A stretch of DNA of 64,000 nt from Thermoanaerobaculia bacterium (GTDB lineage: Bacteria > Acidobacteriota > Thermoanaerobaculia > UBA5066), in contig CAWGCY010000006.1 in NCBI GenBank assembly GCA_963821225.1, positions 275,217 through 339,216 of the forward strand, given 5' to 3'. The translations under genes were made by a program, and so were the position numbers. Positions 17,462 through 29,099 of the stretch are shown in pieces. The first letter of the stretch is position 1. Each line of letters opens with the position of its first letter. Under the pieces are notes generated by a model. The model was not told the DNA's origin, did not search any database, and saw nothing but the letters and a program-made list of their open reading frames with translations.

Positions 17462-20296
17462 TCAGCGAGACATTTCGCCCTGTCCCCCGCCTCGACGTCC
17501 ACTCTTCCGGAAGTAAAACTTGACCAGTTCCATTGCAATTGGCGAAGCGAGGAAAAACGGGGTCATGAGCAGCCAGTCGTCCAGAGTCAACTGCACCGTG
17601 TCGAAGATCCGTCTCGTGAACGGCAGGTACACCACCGCCAGAACCAGCAGGAATGACGCTGACACGGCCCAGTTCATCCACTTGTTCGAAAACACGCCGA
17701 TGGAGAACACGCTGTGGTACTCCGATCGCGCCGTATAGGCCCGGATGAGCTCGGACGTGCATAGAGTCACGAAGGCAAGGGTCTGGGCGGCCTCGAGGTG
17801 GCCCGGATAGCGCTGCAAGGCGAAATGGAACGCCAACAAGACGGCGATGGCATCGACCACGGAGATGACGCCGATGCCAATCGCCATGTCGCGATTGATG
17901 ACCGGCTCCTTCGGGGGCCGCGGCTGATGCTTCATGATGTCGGGGTCGCCCTTTTCCATCCCCAGAGCCAGGGCCGGAGCGCCGTCGCTCACCAGGTTCA
18001 ACCACAGGAGCTGAATTGGCCTCAAGGGAATCGGCAGCCCGAACAGCATCGAGCCGAAGATGATCAGGATTTCCCCGACGTTGCACGCGAGCAGGAAGTA
18101 CACAAACTTGCGGATGTTGGAGTAGATGATCCGCCCCTGTTCGATGGCCGCGACGATGCTGGCGTAATTGTCGTCCGTGAGCACCATGTCCGCCGTCTGC
18201 TTGGTCACGTCGGTTCCGGTGATGCCCATGGCGACGCCGATGTTCGCCCGCTTCAAGGCCGGGGCGTCGTTGACGCCGTCGCCCGTCATCGCCACCACGT
18301 GGTCGCGCGACTTCAGGGCATCGACGATCCTGGTCTTGTGCGTAGGCGAAACCCGGCAACAGACTTCCAGCTTGTCCGCCTTGGCCGCCAGCTCCTGGTC
18401 GCTTAGCTTTTCGATTTCCGGCCCGGTAAGAACTACACCGTCCGCGCTCAACAAGCCGATATCCCGAGCGATCGCCTCCGCGGTTTCCTTGTGATCGCCG
18501 GTTACCATGATGCTCTTCAGCCCCGCACCCTTCGCGACCTTCACCGCCTCCATCACCTCCGGACGCGCCGGGTCGATCATGCCCAGGAGCCCCACGAAAG
18601 TGAGATCCTTTTCGATATTCTCGGACGTGCAGCTTTTGGAGACTTCTTTCAGGGGGCGATAGGCGACTCCTAACACCCGCAACGCGTTGCTCGCGAGATC
18701 GCAGTTCTGATCCAGCACTTCCTTGCGCTTCTCCTCCGTCAGAAGAACGGCTTGCCCGGCCTCCTGTATGTGTCCGCAAAGATCCAGGATGATGTCGGGG
18801 GCGCCCTTGACGAAGGCGACGAACTGCGCGTATTGGAAGCCCGCGGCCGAAGTCAGGCCGTTGGCGCCATCGAGCCTGTGGATGGTACTCATGCGCTTTC
18901 GGTCCGAGTCGAACGGAATCTCCTGAATACGGGGCAAAGCCCGTTCCAACTCGCCTCGTACGAAGCCGCCTTTCATCGCTACGACAGCCATGGCGCCCTC
19001 GGTGGGATCGCCGATGATCTGCCACGAGCGCTTGCCCGCTTCGTCGCTTCGTTCCTCCAGTTTCGCATCGTTGCAAAGTAGCGCCCCGTGAAGGAGCAAC
19101 GTGGCGTCCGGGTCCGCGTGCGTATCGAAGTGCTTCCCGTCAATCGTGAATTGCCCGATCGGACTGTATCCTTCTCCCGTGACCCGGAACCGCTTGGCCC
19201 CGGACCACCCCTGGACCACGGTCATCTCGTTCTGTGTCAGAGTCCCGGTCTTGTCGGAACAAATGACCGTGGCGCAGCCCAGCGTTTCCACGGCCGGAAG
19301 CTTGCGTATCAATGCGTGGCGCTTGACCATCTGCTGCATTCCCAGCGCGAGACAGATGGTTACGATGGCCGGCAGACCCTCCGGAACGGCAGCGATGGCA
19401 AGACTGACGGCGGTCATGAAGAGATTGATGATGTCCTTCTGCTCGGTCTGCAAGTAGTGGAGCCAACCGATCGTGAAGACATCCGTCAGGTGCGTATCCC
19501 GGATGAGACCGTAGACAAAGACAAACACGCAGATGGCGATGCAGCTCGTGCCGAGCACCTTCCCGAGATGCTCCAACTTCCGCTGCAGCGGCGTGTCTTC
19601 CTCCTCGAAAGACTGGATCATCTCCGCAATGAGCCCGATCTGTGTGCTCATCCCCGTGCCCGTCACCAGGCCCGTGCCGCGACCGTACGTCACCATGGTC
19701 CCCATGAAGGCGGAGTTCTTGCGGTCGCCCAGCGGGATCTCCTTGTCCAGCACCACGGCGGCATTCTTCTCCACGGGTACCGATTCGCCGGTGAGGGAGG
19801 CTTCTTCGACCTTGAGGTTGATGCTGGCGACCAGGCGGAGGTCGGCGGGAATGTAGTTGCCTGCTTCCACCAGAACGATGTCTCCCGGAACCAGCTCCCG
19901 GCCCGGGACCGTGACCTGATGGCCGTCACGGATGACCTGGGCACTGGGGGCGGCCATCTTCTTCAGGGCCGCGAGGGCCTGCTCGGCCTTCGATTCCTGG
20001 ATGACTCCGACCACGGCGTTCAGCACCACGATGAACATGATGGCGATGGAGTCGACCCACTCTCCCAGCGCCACCGAGACGAGTGCCGCGACGATCAGGA
20101 TGATCACGAGGTAATTGTTGAATTGACTCCAGAGCAACGAGAGGAAGCCGGGCCGGGGGCGCTCCGTCAGCTCATTGGCGCCGGATTTTCGGAGGCGATC
20201 CTGCGCCTCCTGCTGAGTCAGGCCTCGTTCGAGGTGTGTCTGAAAGTCGCTGACAAGCTCCTCGATCGGCTTGCCATGGGATTCCTTGTCTTGCAT
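17462..20296 (-). CDS. P-type cation-transporting ATPase (P2-type, Ca2+/Mg2+-like)
   Basis: 944 aa with [12 protein letters not shown] (phosphorylation site), [24 protein letters not shown] and about 10 TM helices. GAGGAGG RBS. Confidence 0.9.
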   Translation of the reverse strand: MQDKESHGKPIEELVSDFQTHLERGLTQQEAQDRLRKSGANELTERPRPGFLSLLWSQFNNYLVIILIVAALVSVALGEWVDSIAIMFIVVLNAVVGVIQESKAEQALAALKKMAAPSAQVIRDGHQVTVPGRELVPGDIVLVEAGNYIPADLRLVASINLKVEEASLTGESVPVEKNAAVVLDKEIPLGDRKNSAFMGTMVTYGRGTGLVTGTGMSTQIGLIAEMIQSFEEEDTPLQRKLEHLGKVLGTSCIAICVFVFVYGLIRDTHLTDVFTIGWLHYLQTEQKDIINLFMTAVSLAIAAVPEGLPAIVTICLALGMQQMVKRHALIRKLPAVETLGCATVICSDKTGTLTQNEMTVVQGWSGAKRFRVTGEGYSPIGQFTIDGKHFDTHADPDATLLLHGALLCNDAKLEERSDEAGKRSWQIIGDPTEGAMAVVAMKGGFVRGELERALPRIQEIPFDSDRKRMSTIHRLDGANGLTSAAGFQYAQFVAFVKGAPDIILDLCGHIQEAGQAVLLTEEKRKEVLDQNCDLASNALRVLGVAYRPLKEVSKSCTSENIEKDLTFVGLLGMIDPARPEVMEAVKVAKGAGLKSIMVTGDHKETAEAIARDIGLLSADGVVLTGPEIEKLSDQELAAKADKLEVCCRVSPTHKTRIVDALKSRDHVVAMTGDGVNDAPALKRANIGVAMGITGTDVTKQTADMVLTDDNYASIVAAIEQGRIIYSNIRKFVYFLLACNVGEILIIFGSMLFGLPIPLRPIQLLWLNLVSDGAPALALGMEKGDPDIMKHQPRPPKEPVINRDMAIGIGVISVVDAIAVLLAFHFALQRYPGHLEAAQTLAFVTLCTSELIRAYTARSEYHSVFSIGVFSNKWMNWAVSASFLLVLAVVYLPFTRRIFDTVQLTLDDWLLMTPFFLASPIAMELVKFYFRKSGRRGGGQGEMSR

Positions 20297-20412
20297 ACAA
20301 GCCTCCTCTGGGAGCCCGTCCGGGAAAGGGTCGACTGGGAAGCCATGGGCTTTGGTCCGGTCTCTCCACAGGCCGCTAACCGAAATTCCACATTCCAGGC
20401 CTCCATGAGCTG

Positions 20413-21366
20413 CTACAGGTTCTTTGCCTCGTTTTTCTTCATGCCCTTCCAGCAGGCGGAGATCGCGGCTCTCAGGGAACTTTTCGCCTCAGAAAGATCC
20501 ATGGGTCGGTATCCAAGGAGTTCCCGGGCGGCTGCGTCCGACAGCTCCCAGGGGTCCGCCAGGAAGGCGCTTCCGGTCCACTCCTCCCTGGGAACGCACC
20601 GGATCTCCGAGCGCGATCCGGTCGCATCCCTGACCATTTCCGCAACTTCTTCCCAGGTGACATAGAGCGTGGAGAGATTGAACGTCCGACCGAATGCCTT
20701 CGGATTTCCGAGACACAGGTCCAGTCCTTTCGCAAGGTCCTCCATGTGGAGGAAGCTGCCTCCGGAATCTCCGGGAACCTCCAGCGGATCGCCCGCAGCG
20801 GCGATCCGAAGCATCTCCCGGAGATGTTTCCCCCCGATTTCCTTCCCGAAGGCCCACCAGAACCGGAGGACGGTGGCCGGAGGCCCCTTCGTCTTCCCGT
20901 ACATGAGGCAGAGCTTCTCGGCTGCAGCCTTGGCGATCCCGTAGAGGGGCTTCCTCGCCTCGTCCACCATGAGGGGATGTTTTTCATCGACGGGGGAGTA
21001 TCCCGGCTTCCCGTATACCACCGCGGTGCTCGCGTAGACCATGTGTCCGACCTTCTGGGAAGCGGCCTCCTCCAGGAGGTAGAGATGGCCTTTCAGGTCG
21101 TGCTCGAGCACCTCGAGGGGATCCTCGGAAAAGGACCAGGCCAGGTGGACTACGGCGTCAACCCCCTCGACGGCCGACTTCAAGATTCTCCTGTCCTCGA
21201 TCCCCGCCTGGACAAGCGTCAGATTCTCGTCTTCCATCGCCCGGAGGGGCCCCACGTTCCTGTCGATCACCCGGACCGCGTGACCGCGCGCAAGCAGCCA
21301 GGCGGTCACGTATCTCCCGCACGATCCCGCCCCCCCGGTGATGAGGATCCTGCTTCCCGCTTTCAT
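20413..21366 (-). CDS. NAD-dependent epimerase/dehydratase family protein (extended SDR)
   Basis: ILITGGAGSCGRYVTAWLLARGHAVRVIDR is a Rossmann motif. YASTAVVYG...Y...K matches the catalytic motif. It lies downstream of tctA on the same strand. Confidence 0.8.
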   Translation of the reverse strand: MKAGSRILITGGAGSCGRYVTAWLLARGHAVRVIDRNVGPLRAMEDENLTLVQAGIEDRRILKSAVEGVDAVVHLAWSFSEDPLEVLEHDLKGHLYLLEEAASQKVGHMVYASTAVVYGKPGYSPVDEKHPLMVDEARKPLYGIAKAAAEKLCLMYGKTKGPPATVLRFWWAFGKEIGGKHLREMLRIAAAGDPLEVPGDSGGSFLHMEDLAKGLDLCLGNPKAFGRTFNLSTLYVTWEEVAEMVRDATGSRSEIRCVPREEWTGSAFLADPWELSDAAARELLGYRPMDLSEAKSSLRAAISACWKGMKKNEAKNL

Positions 21367-21412
21367 GGCAGTCTGGATTCCCGGCTGACCCGCGCCCGAG
21401 AAATCCCTTCCT

Positions 21413-22921
21413 TCAGGCCGGCCCTGCGCTCGGCCGTTTCTTCTTGAAGAGCGGCTGGATGGTGGGCAAGAAGAAGATGATGATCGCCGCGATCATGATC
21501 GGCAACGCGATGGGAGGCTTGAAGAAGATCAGGGGGTTGCCGTGTCCCATGATGAGGGCCTGCCTCATCGCCGCCTCGGCCATGTCTCCAAGGACGAGAG
21601 CCAACACCATCGGCGCAAGGGGATAGTCGAGCTTCTTGAAGACGTATCCGAGCACGCCGAAGATGATCATGTAATAGATGTCGATCATCCGGTTGTTCAC
21701 GGCGTAGGCGCCGATGGCACAGACGTACACGATCGCAGGCATCAGGACCGCGAACCGGATCTTCAGAACCGCGGCGAACAGGGGAGTGAAGGCCAGGACG
21801 ATGAAGAGGCCGATGAAGTTCCCCACCCAGCAGCTTCCGATGAGGCCCCAGACGAAGTCCGCGTGCTCCTTGAACAGCATCGGCCCCGGCAGGAGTCCGA
21901 AGATCATGAGGCCGCCCATGATGACGGCCATCGTCGGCGATCCCGGGATTCCAAGGGTGATCATGGGAAGCGTTGCTGAGGTTCCCGCGGCGTGGGCCGC
22001 GGCTTCGGGGGCGATGATTCCGGCCGAAGCCCCCTGCCCGAATTCATCCTTGTTCTTGGCGGCCTGTTTGGCGAAACCGTACGCCATGAAGGAAGCCGGC
22101 GTCGCGCCTCCGGGCTTGAGACCCATCCAGCATCCGACCGCCGCTCCCATGACGACAGTCTTCCAGTGCACGATGAGTGCCTTCGAACCTTCCGCGATAT
22201 CCTTCAACGTCACCTTCGCGGTGATCCCTTCCATCTTGAGGCCTTCCTCGACCGTGAGAAAGATTTCCCCCAGGCCGAACAGGCCGATGACGGCGACGAT
22301 GAAGTTGAACCCTCCCATCAATTCGACGGACCCGAAGGTCATCCGGAGCTGTCCGGTCACGATGTCCATCCCGACCGCCGCCAGGATGAAGCCGAAGAAG
22401 ATGGAAATGAGGGTTTTTGTGGGGGACTTCCCTCCCAGCCCCACGAACGCGCTGAACGTGAGCATCATCACGGAGAAGATCTCGGCCGGGCCGAACTTCA
22501 GGGCGAACTCCGCGATGATCGGTGCGAAGAAGCTCAGCATGATGATCCCGAATACCGCTCCCACGCCATGGGACAAGAACGCCATCACGAGCGCTTTCCC
22601 CGCCTTCCCCTTTTTTGCCAGGGGGTAACCGTCGAAGGTGGTTGCCACCGACCACGGCTCTCCGGGTATGTTGAAGAGTATCGAGGTGATGCTCCCCCCG
22701 TAGAGCGCTCCCCAGTAGATGCTCGACAACAGGATGATGCCCGGCACGGGACTCATCGTCACCGTCAGGGGGATGAGGATGGCCACCCCGTTTGCTCCGC
22801 CAAGGCCGGGCAGGACGCCGACGATCACCCCGAGAACCAGCCCGATCATCGCGATCATGAAATTCCCCGGCTGGATCGCGATGCTTATGCCCGCTAACAG
22901 ATGATGGAGATTCTCGACCAC
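21413..22921 (-). CDS. tctA: Tripartite tricarboxylate transporter permease TctA
   Basis: 502-aa polytopic membrane protein. LPGLGGANGVAILIPLT...GSITSILFNIPGE is typical of the TctA family. Confidence 0.85.
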   Translation of the reverse strand: MVENLHHLLAGISIAIQPGNFMIAMIGLVLGVIVGVLPGLGGANGVAILIPLTVTMSPVPGIILLSSIYWGALYGGSITSILFNIPGEPWSVATTFDGYPLAKKGKAGKALVMAFLSHGVGAVFGIIMLSFFAPIIAEFALKFGPAEIFSVMMLTFSAFVGLGGKSPTKTLISIFFGFILAAVGMDIVTGQLRMTFGSVELMGGFNFIVAVIGLFGLGEIFLTVEEGLKMEGITAKVTLKDIAEGSKALIVHWKTVVMGAAVGCWMGLKPGGATPASFMAYGFAKQAAKNKDEFGQGASAGIIAPEAAAHAAGTSATLPMITLGIPGSPTMAVIMGGLMIFGLLPGPMLFKEHADFVWGLIGSCWVGNFIGLFIVLAFTPLFAAVLKIRFAVLMPAIVYVCAIGAYAVNNRMIDIYYMIIFGVLGYVFKKLDYPLAPMVLALVLGDMAEAAMRQALIMGHGNPLIFFKPPIALPIMIAAIIIFFLPTIQPLFKKKRPSAGPA

Positions 22922-22939
22922 GTTGTTCTCGCTCCGCTT

Positions 22940-23521
22940 TCAGAAGGGGATCAGTTTGCTGCCCCACAATCCCGTCGGCAATGGAATGAGGAACAATTTG
23001 TCAAACACGACGAAAAGGGAAGCCGGAAGGAGGATGCTCACGAGGATCACCGTGACCCAGTGAATCTTCCCCACCGCCCGCATGTAGAACGCAAGGAATG
23101 TCGCGGCCGCGATGTGAAGGCCGACGAATTCCGTGAGGATCACCATCCCGGCCGACGGGAGCAACACCCATAGGATCGGCTTGAGCCCTCCTTCCGGGAT
23201 CAGACGGCCCTTCCCGGCGATCCGCCTGGCCTCGGCCTCCAAGAGGCGCACCCGCTCCTCGGGGACGCCACCCGCCGTCGTGACGACGACGCGCCGAATC
23301 CTCTCCATGGCGGCTTCGAGGTTCTCGGGTGTGGGCTCCTTGAACGCCTTGGTCAGGACGACTGCGCTGCAGATCAGCGTGCCCACCCCGAGATAGAAAG
23401 GGAAGAAGCCGGACTCGGGACCGCTCGGCCCCCATCCAAAGCGAAGCCGGACCGCGTCGACGATGACGATGATCGCGATCGCGATGAAGAAAAAGGCGAC
23501 GACGATCTGAGCCTTCCGCAT
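22940..23521 (-). CDS. tctB: Tripartite tricarboxylate transporter small subunit TctB
   Basis: 193 aa with 4 TM helices, located between tctC and tctA. Confidence 0.7.
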   Translation of the reverse strand: MRKAQIVVAFFFIAIAIIVIVDAVRLRFGWGPSGPESGFFPFYLGVGTLICSAVVLTKAFKEPTPENLEAAMERIRRVVVTTAGGVPEERVRLLEAEARRIAGKGRLIPEGGLKPILWVLLPSAGMVILTEFVGLHIAAATFLAFYMRAVGKIHWVTVILVSILLPASLFVVFDKLFLIPLPTGLWGSKLIPF

Positions 23522-23634
23522 CTTCCCTCCCCGTCCGAACCATCATGAAAAACAGCCGGACGATGAAGAAGGCGGGCCAGCCCGCCCTCCCCTCGTCCGG
23601 CGCTCTTTCTGGATTACTGAAATCAAAGGCCTTG

Positions 23635-24624
23635 TTACTTGATGAATCCACCCTTTTTCATGAGGTCCTGCGTCGTTTTGTCCTTCTCTTCCAACCATTT
23701 CACGTATTCCGGACCGGTCAGGTATGCATCCTTGAGCCCCATGTCGGACGTGTACTTCTTCCACTCGGGAGTCTCGGAGACCTTCTTGAAAACCCCGGCA
23801 TAGAACTCCTGTTGTTCCTTGGTGATGCCGGGCGCTGCAAAGAAGCCGCGAAGCATCAGGTAGCTCATGTCCTTGCCGGTCGCTTCCTTCACGGTGGGAA
23901 TCGCCTTCCAATCGGGCAGATTGATTCGCTCATGGTCGATCGTCGCCAGGGGGCGCAATCTCCCGGCCTTCCATTGGCTCACGGCCTCAGCCGGGTTGTT
24001 CACCGTGGAATCGATGTGCTTGCCGACGAGTTCCACGGCCACTTCTCCTCCGCCTTTGAACGGCACGTAGGAGAACTTCACGCCGAATATCTGCTCGAAC
24101 ATGACCGTGATGATCTGGTCCTCCTGCTTCGAGCCGGTGCCGCCCATGTTGAATTTTCCCGGCGCCTTCTTGACCGCATCGAGGTACTCCTGGGCAGTCT
24201 TGTACGGAGATTCGGCGTTCACCCAGAGGACGAAATAGTCGAGCGCAAGGCGCGAGACCGGGGTGAGGTCCTTCCAGCTGAAGGGCACGCCCGTCGCCAA
24301 TGGGGTCGTGAACACGTTGTCCAACGTGATGATGATGACGTTCGGATCGCCCTTCTTGCCCTTCACATACATGAAGCCTTCCGCTCCGGCGCCGCCGGAC
24401 TTGTTCACGACGATGAAAGGCTTCGGGGACAATTTGTACTTCTCGATGAGAGGTGAAGCGAACCGGGCGAGGACGTCGGCACCGCCGCCGGCGCCCGCCG
24501 GAACGATCAGCTCGACGGGCCTGTCCGGCTGCCACGCGTTCGCCGTGCCGGCCGATAAGAGAAGCAAAGCCAGGGAACAAACGAAGATCGTGCCGATCCT
24601 CGCTCGCGAAATCGGTCTACTCAT
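23635..24624 (-). CDS. tctC: Tripartite tricarboxylate transporter substrate-binding protein TctC (Bug family)
   Basis: Signal peptide followed by WQPDRPVELIVPAGAGGGADVLARFASPLIEKYKLSPKPFIVVNKSGGAGAEG, typical of Bug/TctC. GGGGAGGA RBS. Confidence 0.85.
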   Translation of the reverse strand: MSRPISRARIGTIFVCSLALLLLSAGTANAWQPDRPVELIVPAGAGGGADVLARFASPLIEKYKLSPKPFIVVNKSGGAGAEGFMYVKGKKGDPNVIIITLDNVFTTPLATGVPFSWKDLTPVSRLALDYFVLWVNAESPYKTAQEYLDAVKKAPGKFNMGGTGSKQEDQIITVMFEQIFGVKFSYVPFKGGGEVAVELVGKHIDSTVNNPAEAVSQWKAGRLRPLATIDHERINLPDWKAIPTVKEATGKDMSYLMLRGFFAAPGITKEQQEFYAGVFKKVSETPEWKKYTSDMGLKDAYLTGPEYVKWLEEKDKTTQDLMKKGGFIK

Positions 24625-24736
24625 GGTGCTGTCCTCCCCATGTTAAAAAACGTTTCCGTGTATCTGAGCAACGCCTCTTCTTGTTCGTTCCTCGCCCGGA
24701 CCTGTTCCAGAGTATCCTCTTCGCCTTCACGCCGGC

Positions 24737-25759
<1,023 letters not shown>

Positions 25760-26941
25760 CTACATTCCGAGCCAGTAGACGTATCGGTCGGTCCGTTTTT
25801 CCTTGACCATCTTCGTGAGAACTCCCGCCATGTAATCGAAGTCGGCGGGCCAGATGGTCTCGCCGCCAAGGCCGCCCATGAAGGACGTGACGAGAGGACG
25901 CTTATCCAGGTCATAGAGGCTGGCCCTGAGCTCGTGAATGAGGTTGCCGCCTCGCATGGCCGATCCGTAGGAGGTGCTGGTCTCGATGACGCCGACAGCC
26001 TTGACATGGCCGAGCGCCTCGGCGAGCTGATGGGTAGGCCATGGGCGGACCCAGCGCAGCCGGGCCAGGCCGGCCTTGACGCCTTCCTTACGGAGCTTGT
26101 CGACGGCCGTCCGGGCGGTGTTGGAATGAGCGCCCATGATGAAGAACGCGATCTCCGCGTCCTCGAGCTTGTACTGCTCGACGAACGGGTCGTACTTGCG
26201 TCCGAAGATGCGCCCGAAATCCGCCGTCGCCTCCTCGATGACCTTGGGAACCGCGAGGAACGTCTGGGCGCGCATCGCATCCATCGGAGCGCCCTGGTCG
26301 GGGCGGATCTGCGGACCGTGGGAAACCGGGTTGGTCAGGCTCAGGGGGTGGATCGGCCGGTAGGGAGGCAGGAACTCCTTCACCTGTGAGGCTTCTCCGA
26401 TGGTGACCTTGTCCGGAATGTGGGAGATGAAATAGCCGTCCTGGCAAACCATCTGGGGCAGCATCACGCGGTGGTCTTCGCCGATGCGGTAGGCCATCAG
26501 GGTGTTGTCGTAGACCTCCTGCGGAGTGGCGGCCCAGCCGAGAAGCCAGCCCTGGTCGCGGGTCGACATCGCGTCCGTGTGCTCGGAGCCGAAATCGCCC
26601 GGCGGGTCGAGCGTACGGTCGGCAATCGACATCTGAACGGGGTACCGGCCGCCGGCCATGGGGCTGTAGACCTCCATGGCATACGTCACGCCGACGCCCG
26701 AGCTTCCCGTATAAGCGCGGGCACCCGCAGCGGAGGCGCCGAGGACGACCGACACCTGCGCGTGCTCACCCTCGCCGTGGATGAACTCCGCGTTCAGCTC
26801 GCCGTTGGCGACCATCTTCGCGAGCTCCATCATGATCGCCGTGTAGGGACGGATGGGATAGGAACAGATCACTTCGACCTCGGCCGCCTTCGCGCCCTCT
26901 GCGGCTGCGCGGCAACCGGTCATCATGCTTTCTTTTGCCAT
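25760..26941 (-). CDS. 2-oxoacid:ferredoxin oxidoreductase alpha subunit, cluster 2
   Basis: VICSYPIRPYTAIMMELAKMVANGELNAEFIHGEGEHAQ...DRTLDPPGDFGSEHTD. Paralog of 8746-9987. Confidence 0.85.
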   Translation of the reverse strand: MAKESMMTGCRAAAEGAKAAEVEVICSYPIRPYTAIMMELAKMVANGELNAEFIHGEGEHAQVSVVLGASAAGARAYTGSSGVGVTYAMEVYSPMAGGRYPVQMSIADRTLDPPGDFGSEHTDAMSTRDQGWLLGWAATPQEVYDNTLMAYRIGEDHRVMLPQMVCQDGYFISHIPDKVTIGEASQVKEFLPPYRPIHPLSLTNPVSHGPQIRPDQGAPMDAMRAQTFLAVPKVIEEATADFGRIFGRKYDPFVEQYKLEDAEIAFFIMGAHSNTARTAVDKLRKEGVKAGLARLRWVRPWPTHQLAEALGHVKAVGVIETSTSYGSAMRGGNLIHELRASLYDLDKRPLVTSFMGGLGGETIWPADFDYMAGVLTKMVKEKRTDRYVYWLGM

Positions 26942-26953
26942 AGCGTTCTCCTT

Positions 26954-27328
26954 TTAGAAGGGTTTCTCCAACCGAACCACGCCACCCTCGAAATCGAGCT
27001 CGGGCACCGCGACGAGCGCTCCTTCCTCGGGGCACTGCGCGATGCAGACCTGGCAGCCCTTGCAGAAGTCGCCGACCCACTCCAGGGTGTCGTCCTGCTC
27101 CTTGTAGACCCAGCAGGCGTCCGGGCAGGCCATATAGCATTGCAGGCAGCGCGTGCATTTCTCCTCGTCCCTGACGGGGCGGACGACCCGCCAGTTCGAT
27201 GTCTGAAACAACGGCTGCGTCCCTACGGGGGCGGGGGTCACGGCGCCGAACGGCACGACGCGATCCTTGGGAACGTCTATGGTCCCGTAGCTGGGGAGCT
27301 TCTTCGCCATGATCTCCTCCTTGTTCAT
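26954..27328 (-). CDS. 2-oxoacid:ferredoxin oxidoreductase delta subunit (2x[4Fe-4S] ferredoxin), cluster 2
   Basis: 124 aa. CTRCLQCYMACPDAC...CKGCQVCIAQCPE. Its start overlaps the gamma stop. Confidence 0.8.
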   Translation of the reverse strand: MNKEEIMAKKLPSYGTIDVPKDRVVPFGAVTPAPVGTQPLFQTSNWRVVRPVRDEEKCTRCLQCYMACPDACWVYKEQDDTLEWVGDFCKGCQVCIAQCPEEGALVAVPELDFEGGVVRLEKPF

Positions 27329-27993
27329 TTGTGATGTTTGCTGCCGGCGGTGGCGGTGACCAGCTCGGGGGCGGTGCGCGATGGCGCGTCGAAGCGCTTG
27401 ATCTTCACCTCTTTGAAGCCCCGTTCCATGCCGGAGACGTCGCTGACGACCTTCGCCAGGTGTTCCTTCTTGATCAAGCCCGTGACCTTCGCGATGGCGC
27501 CGACGATGGGAGCCGCAATGCCCTTTCCGATGCCGGTCGCGTCGACGCCGCCCTCGGAGCCGGAGAAATCGACCGTCCGGACACCGGTGATGGCGTCCGC
27601 GTCGACCGTGGCGACCGTGCCGAGCAGGCTGGCATTCGGGATGAATTTCAGCATGTCGTCGATCGAGCGGTTGGTATTGATGATGAGGGTGCCGCCGGGC
27701 TCCATGCCCCTCAGGATGTCGATGCCCTTGACGATCGTCGCCTCACAGATGACGACCACTTCCGGCTTGTCGTTCGTGTAGACGTACTTGTGAGTGATCT
27801 CTTCGTCGCTGAGTCGGACGTATTTCCGGACGGTCACGAGCACGCGGTCCGGCAGGTCTTCGTAGTTGTCGAATGCCTGCGCGTGCTTGCCGTCCATCTG
27901 GGCGGCCTTCGCAAAGAGGTTGATGACGTCCCGACCCTCTTTGTCCATGAGGACGCCTCGCGCCCAAACCGTAATTTCGTGTACCTTTGCCAT
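27325..27993 (-). CDS. 2-oxoacid:ferredoxin oxidoreductase gamma subunit, cluster 2
   Basis: MAKVHEITVWARGVLMDKEGRDVINLFAKAAQ... ATG at 27993 with a perfect AAGGAGGTG RBS. The ORF-track GTG at 27999 is less likely. Confidence 0.8.
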   Translation of the reverse strand: MAKVHEITVWARGVLMDKEGRDVINLFAKAAQMDGKHAQAFDNYEDLPDRVLVTVRKYVRLSDEEITHKYVYTNDKPEVVVICEATIVKGIDILRGMEPGGTLIINTNRSIDDMLKFIPNASLLGTVATVDADAITGVRTVDFSGSEGGVDATGIGKGIAAPIVGAIAKVTGLIKKEHLAKVVSDVSGMERGFKEVKIKRFDAPSRTAPELVTATAGSKHHK

Positions 27994-28142
27994 AGACACC
28001 TCCTTAATCGCCGGGAAAATGGGAGCGGACTCGTTTCGAGCTTTCGTGACGAAAGGCGACCTCCTGGGACCGGAACGGTGACGGCCCCGCGGACCGCCGT
28101 CGCCTGGAGGCAGCCAAGTGCTTGATACGACGATGCTTAAAG

Positions 28143-28182
28143 CTAAGACACATCCGTCTTAGTGGTTCGACCATTGGACCAA
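28143..28182. promoter_or_regulatory. Operator-like region upstream of OFOR operon 2: hairpin CTAAGAC-acatcc-GTCTTAG followed by AGTGGTTCGACCATTGGaCCAAATG (homologous to 12875-12898 in reverse orientation)
   Basis: Reverse complement CATTTGGTCCAATGGTCGAACCACTA aligns with CACTGGACCAGTGGTCGAACCACTT from cluster 1. The 14-bp core matches at 13 of 14 positions. Confidence 0.4.
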
Positions 28183-28262
28183 ATGTAGAGCGTCCGGCCG
28201 CTCGGAGATATGACGCGAATGAATCAGTTAGCGGGCGACCGAAAGGCTGGCGGCGCCGCTCG

Positions 28263-29033
28263 TCAGTCATCACGAACGGGGGATGGCGTGTCCCTGAGGA
28301 GGTCCGCGATCTGATCGATGTGCTCTCGCATGGCTTCCGCGGCGGCGCCGGCGTCGCGCTGCCGCAAGGCGGAGACGACAGCCTCATGCCCCAGGATGGA
28401 TCGGCCTGGACGGCCCTTCTGCCTGAGCGTGCGCTTGCGCGATTCCACGAGCAGATCGTTCAGTGTGGCCATGATGCTGACGACCGCGCGATTGCGCGTG
28501 GCGCGCGCGAGGACATGGTGAAAGGCCGTGTCCTCGACGATGGCCGACCGGCCGGTCGTGAGCTTCTGCCGTTGCGCGTCGAGGATGCGCTCCAGGTCGG
28601 CGATGTCCTCGTCGGTGACGCGCGTGGCTGCCGCGCGCGCGACGGCGGGTTCGAACATCCGGCGCAGGTCCAGCAGCTCGTCCTGCAGCTCATGACGGTA
28701 GCTCAGGACGGAAGCCAGCGGTGCGATGAGCCGGTTGACGTCGAGCTCCTGGGGGAACGTGCCGTGACCGTGCCGTCTGACGAGCAGGCCGATCGTCTCC
28801 AGGGTACGGAGCGCGTCGCGGATCGACCCCCGACTGACGCCGAACCGCTCGGCCAGAGCGCGCTCGGCGGGCAGGGCCTGACCCTTGGCGAACGTGCCGT
28901 CGAGGATCAGGAGCCGGATGCGGTCGGCGATCTCTTCGACCAGTCGCGTCTTTCTGATTGGCTCGATCAGCCTTGAGCCGCGGGCACTCTCGCCTGCTTC
29001 AACGGAGCCTTTAGCGGCGACGAATCCCGACAC
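28263..29033 (-). CDS. FadR/GntR-family transcriptional regulator (paralog 2)
   Basis: SRLIEPIRKTRLVEEIADRIRLLILDGTFAKGQALPAERALAERFGVSRGSIRDALRTLETIGLL. About 85% identity to the 12861-13691 product along the whole length. Confidence 0.8.
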   Translation of the reverse strand: MSGFVAAKGSVEAGESARGSRLIEPIRKTRLVEEIADRIRLLILDGTFAKGQALPAERALAERFGVSRGSIRDALRTLETIGLLVRRHGHGTFPQELDVNRLIAPLASVLSYRHELQDELLDLRRMFEPAVARAAATRVTDEDIADLERILDAQRQKLTTGRSAIVEDTAFHHVLARATRNRAVVSIMATLNDLLVESRKRTLRQKGRPGRSILGHEAVVSALRQRDAGAAAEAMREHIDQIADLLRDTPSPVRDD

Positions 29034-29052
29034 TCGCTTCAGTCTAGGATCC

Positions 29053-29094
29053 AGCCGCTCACAAGAAATGAGGCGAATGTATCAGTGAGCGGCT
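29053..29094 (-). terminator. Stem-loop AGCCGCTCAC-(22 nt)-GTGAGCGGCT 6 nt downstream of the CDC48-like gene stop
   Basis: Perfect 10-bp inverted repeat. There is no U-tract, which is common in high-GC genomes. Confidence 0.3.
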
Positions 29095-29099
29095 AGGCT

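Noticed and set aside
24644-24660. AAAAACGTTTTTT plus a downstream U-run between OFOR-2 beta and tctC as an intrinsic terminator.
   Set aside because: The stem is A-U only, with no GC-rich hairpin. It is more likely neutral spacer, so the genes were treated as co-transcribed.
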